A stretch of DNA of 64,000 nucleotides from a virus (taxonomy: Duplodnaviria; Heunggongvirae; Uroviricota; Caudoviricetes): IMG/VR virus record IMGVR_UViG_3300010213_000001, positions 1 through 64,000 of that record. One strand, 5' to 3'. Under the pieces are notes generated by a model. It saw nothing but the letters and a program-made list of their open reading frames with translations. It did not search any database and was not told the origin of the DNA. Position numbers and translations under genes: made by a program. Of the stretch, positions 60,404 to 64,000 are shown piece by piece. How positions within the stretch are numbered: the first letter of the stretch is position 1; the number at the start of each line of letters is the position of its first letter.

Positions 60404-60547
60404 TTTATAGGACTTTTATTTTATTATTATATAATATAGTTTTAATGTAGTATCTTTATATACTATAAGTAAATACTAATATAATAATTTACATTATAAA
60501 ACTAAATTATTATAATAATATTATAATATATTTAATTATAAGATATA

Positions 60548-62419
60548 ATGGACAATACATTTGAAGATATAAGTTTGGAACAATATGATGAAATAGACGC
60601 AACATCTATTTATCAAGAAGGTGGAACTTTTGAAGTACCATCTTTCCAGCCTGTTGTACGGCAGTTTAACCCTGTACAAATGAGGTTTAATGCTCAAGAA
60701 TCAGATTTCATAAAGAGTCCTGGTATACCTCAAATACCAGATATAGACTATGATGGGTTAGATAAACTACAAGGTAAGGGGCATACAAATGATGTAAATA
60801 ATTACATAAACTCTAAAAAGCAAGCACAATACGAGCTGCAAAGTTTAGTTACCAAGTATGGATACGAAGCCACTAAGCTGCCTATATTTGGAGAGATGAT
60901 AAATAGAATGAAAGTTGATCCCGCAGAGCTTAATGAATTAATAGTTAGAAAAGAGATGTCTAAGGAGTTTGCTGATATTAATAAAGCTAATGGAGGGGAA
61001 AACGAATGGGTAACTGATGCTAATGGTAGTATACTAGTACAAAACAGTGAAGGAAATTATGAATATGTAGATCCCTATGTATTAATGACGTCCAAAGATA
61101 AAGTTCCTATAACAAGTTCAGATGCAATACAAAGAAATGATAGAGATAATAAACTAACTAGAAATCAAGATATTATGCCTGCTGTTGCCCAAGTTTGGGG
61201 CGGGGATAAAGCTCTAGATCATCTTAATTCACAATTAGATAAGATAGGATCTACAGAGCGTCAAAGAGCTAGTGAAGCCATAGCTGGATTAGGTAATTTA
61301 AATGGTTCAAATGTATTTGGTAAAGCTGGATCAGATAGAACACTATCATCAAATGAAAAGCAAGTAATAGATTTGTATCAGTCATTAATGAGAACCATGG
61401 ATACAGCAGCTAAAAATTACTTTAGAAATAAGGCTATACAATCTATAGGTAAAGTTGATTTAGATAGAGAAACATATGAGAGAGCAGTTAATGAAGCCAC
61501 TGGCAAGCTAGTATTATCTTACGTTAGTAAAGTTCTAGACACTAAAGACATATCTAAAAATACAGTTGATATTGATGCTACTCTAACTAAAGGAATTAAA
61601 GGCGGAGCAGGTTGGGAAATGCCAGATGAAGCTGAGTGGCTAATGTCTACAGCTCAAGGATACTATATGCGAGAAGTAGATGGTAAACTAGTTGTAGATG
61701 ATGGTTGGGATAAATCTAATATTTATAATTATGATCCTGAAACTGGTCAAATGATGCAGACAGACGCTTATTTTTATACTGATTTAGGACAAGAAGAAAA
61801 AGAAAGAGTTCAGCAGCCTATTGGTACTTCATTAGAAGGAACAAGAGTACAATTTAATTCTGGAATACCAGTAACATTAAAAGGCGGTATTCAAGCTGGA
61901 GCTAATCCTCAATTGATAGGATTTATAGATAAAGATGGTAGACATCAACTTAAAGTAAAGACAGCTGGAGTTTTCAAAGCTAGTGAACTAGAAGGTCAGA
62001 CTATAATGGTTTATAATAAAGAAAAGAGAAAGTTCGAGAGTCAACCTATTGTACAAGATGGAGAGATAACTGATGCGGCAAAGCAATTATTAAAGGCTAA
62101 AGAAGTAGTAGGAGCAGGAATGTTTTTTGGAAATAGTAGAGATGAGGGTATTGAGACCCTTGTAGCAAATGGATTCAGTAAAGAAGAGGCGGAAGCAATA
62201 GTAGCTCCCACTGATAAATGGGGACCAAGTGATGAAGGTATGTATGTGATACCATTTATGGATGACTATACAACAACTCAAGCACATCAGAGAAATCATG
62301 GAAAGGTAGCAAATAGAAAACAATTGTCATTGGAGAATAGAATAAAAGTTAGTGGTGCTCAAGAAGCACAGCAAGCTGAAAATCAAATTAGAGAAATGAG
62401 TATCCGTCTAGGATTATAA
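60548..62419 (+). CDS. Putative ejection/cargo protein preceding the giant virion proteins
   Basis: N-terminal YQEGG, G(H)TNDVN motif, position in the crAss-like cargo cluster. Confidence 0.7.
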   Translation: MDNTFEDISLEQYDEIDATSIYQEGGTFEVPSFQPVVRQFNPVQMRFNAQESDFIKSPGIPQIPDIDYDGLDKLQGKGHTNDVNNYINSKKQAQYELQSLVTKYGYEATKLPIFGEMINRMKVDPAELNELIVRKEMSKEFADINKANGGENEWVTDANGSILVQNSEGNYEYVDPYVLMTSKDKVPITSSDAIQRNDRDNKLTRNQDIMPAVAQVWGGDKALDHLNSQLDKIGSTERQRASEAIAGLGNLNGSNVFGKAGSDRTLSSNEKQVIDLYQSLMRTMDTAAKNYFRNKAIQSIGKVDLDRETYERAVNEATGKLVLSYVSKVLDTKDISKNTVDIDATLTKGIKGGAGWEMPDEAEWLMSTAQGYYMREVDGKLVVDDGWDKSNIYNYDPETGQMMQTDAYFYTDLGQEEKERVQQPIGTSLEGTRVQFNSGIPVTLKGGIQAGANPQLIGFIDKDGRHQLKVKTAGVFKASELEGQTIMVYNKEKRKFESQPIVQDGEITDAAKQLLKAKEVVGAGMFFGNSRDEGIETLVANGFSKEEAEAIVAPTDKWGPSDEGMYVIPFMDDYTTTQAHQRNHGKVANRKQLSLENRIKVSGAQEAQQAENQIREMSIRLGL

Positions 62420-62434
62420 TATAAATAAAACATT

Positions 62435-64000
62435 ATGCCAGAACCTAAAAAACTTAATAGAGAGATAGACTTCAGTAAAGTTATTGAAGCTGGAATGCAA
62501 TCAGGTAGTACATTGTCACCTATACAATTAGCTGGGTTATTAGATTACGAAAAGACTAATTTTGGAAGTGCGACTACTTTTAAGTTAAATGAAGATAATT
62601 TAAGTCAGTATACTCCTGAAGTAAAGAATAAAATAAAAGACTTATATACTCAAACACAAGCAGTGTATGGAGCATATAAACAAGCTGGAGCATTTCCAAT
62701 AAAAGCACCTAGATTTGGTAAAAATAAGGTAATGGAGCTATTCTATCCAAATATGGAATACTCTAAAGGTATAAAGTATGATGCTCCAGATTTAGAGTTC
62801 TACTGGAATGGTAGTATGGTTCCTTCTAGAAATATGACTAGTCAAGAGATTAGAGATATAGCACCATTCTATTTAGATACTAAGGCAAATGAAATAAAGT
62901 CTCTAGATAAAACTAAATTAGAGCAATTTTCTGATGGTTGGAGTTTCTCTAATATTGGACAAAGTTTTATCAATGATCCTTTAAAAGCTATTAAAACAGG
63001 ATTAGGCATTGAATTACCAAATGTAAATGACAGTATTGCAGATCTTGGGTTTTCTACTAATCCTAAACTAGCTGTAGCTAATTATGGTGATATTGCTAAG
63101 CTTAATACAGAAGAAGGTAAAGCAGCTGCACAAATGTTAGCTTTAGGTATTGTTAATCCTAGAACAGAGTATAAGAAGAAAGCTGATGATGGTGCTGAAT
63201 ATTATTTATGGAAGACATTAGATGAAACACATGATAGTTTCCAGGAAGAAGTTAGAAGTGTGTGGGGTCCTAAGACTATGTACCACAATAACTACTTTTC
63301 AGAAGGATTAGAGGCTGCTAATGACTTTTTAATGAATAGTTTAGATGGAGCTAATTTTATATTTAACTATGCTCCAAAGAAGATTATAGGAGGATTAGGA
63401 TCCAGATATTTATTTGATGGCACATTTGATAAGCAAATAGAGAAGGAATATAATGCTTATAATGCTTGGTCATCTTCTAGGAAATCTCAAGCATCTGAAG
63501 AAGATGCTGAATCTTGGACGTCTAATCCTATTAATTTTACTAAAGGTATAATAGATGGAGCTGCTCAACTAGCATTGACATTAGCAACAGGAGGGCTTGG
63601 AAAAGGGCTAGTATGGGGAATGGGTAAAGCATCAGCTTCATTAAGTGCTAATAACTTATTAAAGTTGTCTGCCAGACGAGCTCAGAACTTGGTTACTGTT
63701 CCAGCTACAGCTTATGGATATTCTTATGCTGCCTCCGCAGCCAATAAGGAGGCTCGTCAAGCAGGAATAAACCCTGAAGCAGCTATGATTATGTCTGGAA
63801 TAGCAGCAGCAGCTATAGCTGGTTCAGAGCGATTAACTGGTGGTAATTGGGTAAAGAAGTTATTAGGTAAAGATATAGCTCAAGGATATGGATCTAAAAT
63901 AGCTAAGGAACTAACAACAGAAGTTATGAGAGCTAATAGATTAAATAATACTAGCTTGATAACATCTGATGTATTAAACTCTGAAGCATCCAAAGGAGCG
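62435..64000 (+). CDS. N-terminal part of a giant virion protein (crAss-like cargo / virion RNA polymerase cluster), truncated by the window
   Basis: ATG 62435 (MPEPKKLNREIDF...). It is absent from the ORF track, which I take to mean no stop before 64000; I translated only parts by hand. Gly/Ala-rich hydrophobic segments occur near 63550-63850. No RNAP motif seen in the window. Confidence 0.7.
   Translation, partial: MPEPKKLNREIDFSKVIEAGMQSGSTLSPIQLAGLLDYEKTNFGSATTFKLNEDNLSQYTPEVKNKIKDLYTQTQAVYGAYKQAGAFPIKAPRFGKNKVMELFYPNMEYSKGIKYDAPDLEFYWNGSMVPSRNMTSQEIRDIAPFYLDTKANEIKSLDKTKLEQFSDGWSFSNIGQSFINDPLKAIKTGLGIELPNVNDSIADLGFSTNPKLAVANYGDIAKLNTEEGKAAAQMLALGIVNPRTEYKKKADDGAEYYLWKTLDETHDSFQEEVRSVWGPKTMYHNNYFSEGLEAANDFLMNSLDGANFIFNYAPKKIIGGLGSRYLFDGTFDKQIEKEYNAYNAWSSSRKSQASEEDAESWTSNPINFTKGIIDGAAQLALTLATGGLGKGLVWGMGKASASLSANNLLKLSARRAQNLVTVPATAYGYSYAASAANKEARQAGINPEAAMIMSGIAAAAIAGSERLTGGNWVKKLLGKDIAQGYGSKIAKELTTEVMRANRLNNTSLITSDVLNSEASKGA

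Noticed and set aside
4824-62323. Many short minus-strand ORFs (e.g. 6539-6859, 8083-8511, 24467-25132, 55054-55428) and plus-strand 2206-2427
   Set aside because: They are antisense shadows of well-supported genes, with Ser/Leu/Ile/Phe-biased composition and no motifs.
2668-64000. Stop-codon reassignment (TAG to Gln or TGA to Trp), known in some crAss-like phages
   Set aside because: Terminase, portal, MCP and the 1960-aa muzzle are uninterrupted in the standard code, genes tile tightly, and TAG ends genes at 9239 and 40485.

Overview
A 64-kb segment of an AT-rich crAss-like (Crassvirales-type) phage genome, probably infecting Bacteroidota and read in the standard genetic code. Bases 1-2420 are the end of a minus-strand region. 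It holds a truncated atypical tRNA, a 673-bp tandem duplication built from four identical CRISPR-type repeats and a spacer identical to the phage's own DNA, an iteron-like TACCGA array and a GC-rich gene. From 2668 to the end, a plus-strand virion module runs: GroES, PD-(D/E)XK nuclease, terminase, portal, tail fibres, patatin, Cys-rich FN3/DUF5977 proteins, scaffold-like protein, major capsid, ring and muzzle proteins, lysis genes and putative internal (ejected) proteins. Main novel signals: (1) a CRISPR mini-array cassette sitting inside its own protospacer (S-R-X-R-S-R-X-R-S), which could also be an assembly loop; (2) a recurrent [YFLMH]-[QKEAD]-x-G-G motif confined to putative capsid-cargo proteins, which brackets a complete topoisomerase IB catalytic core inside a polyprotein; (3) a canonical -1 programmed frameshift signal fusing two cargo ORFs. 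All calls come from reading motifs by eye; no searches were run.
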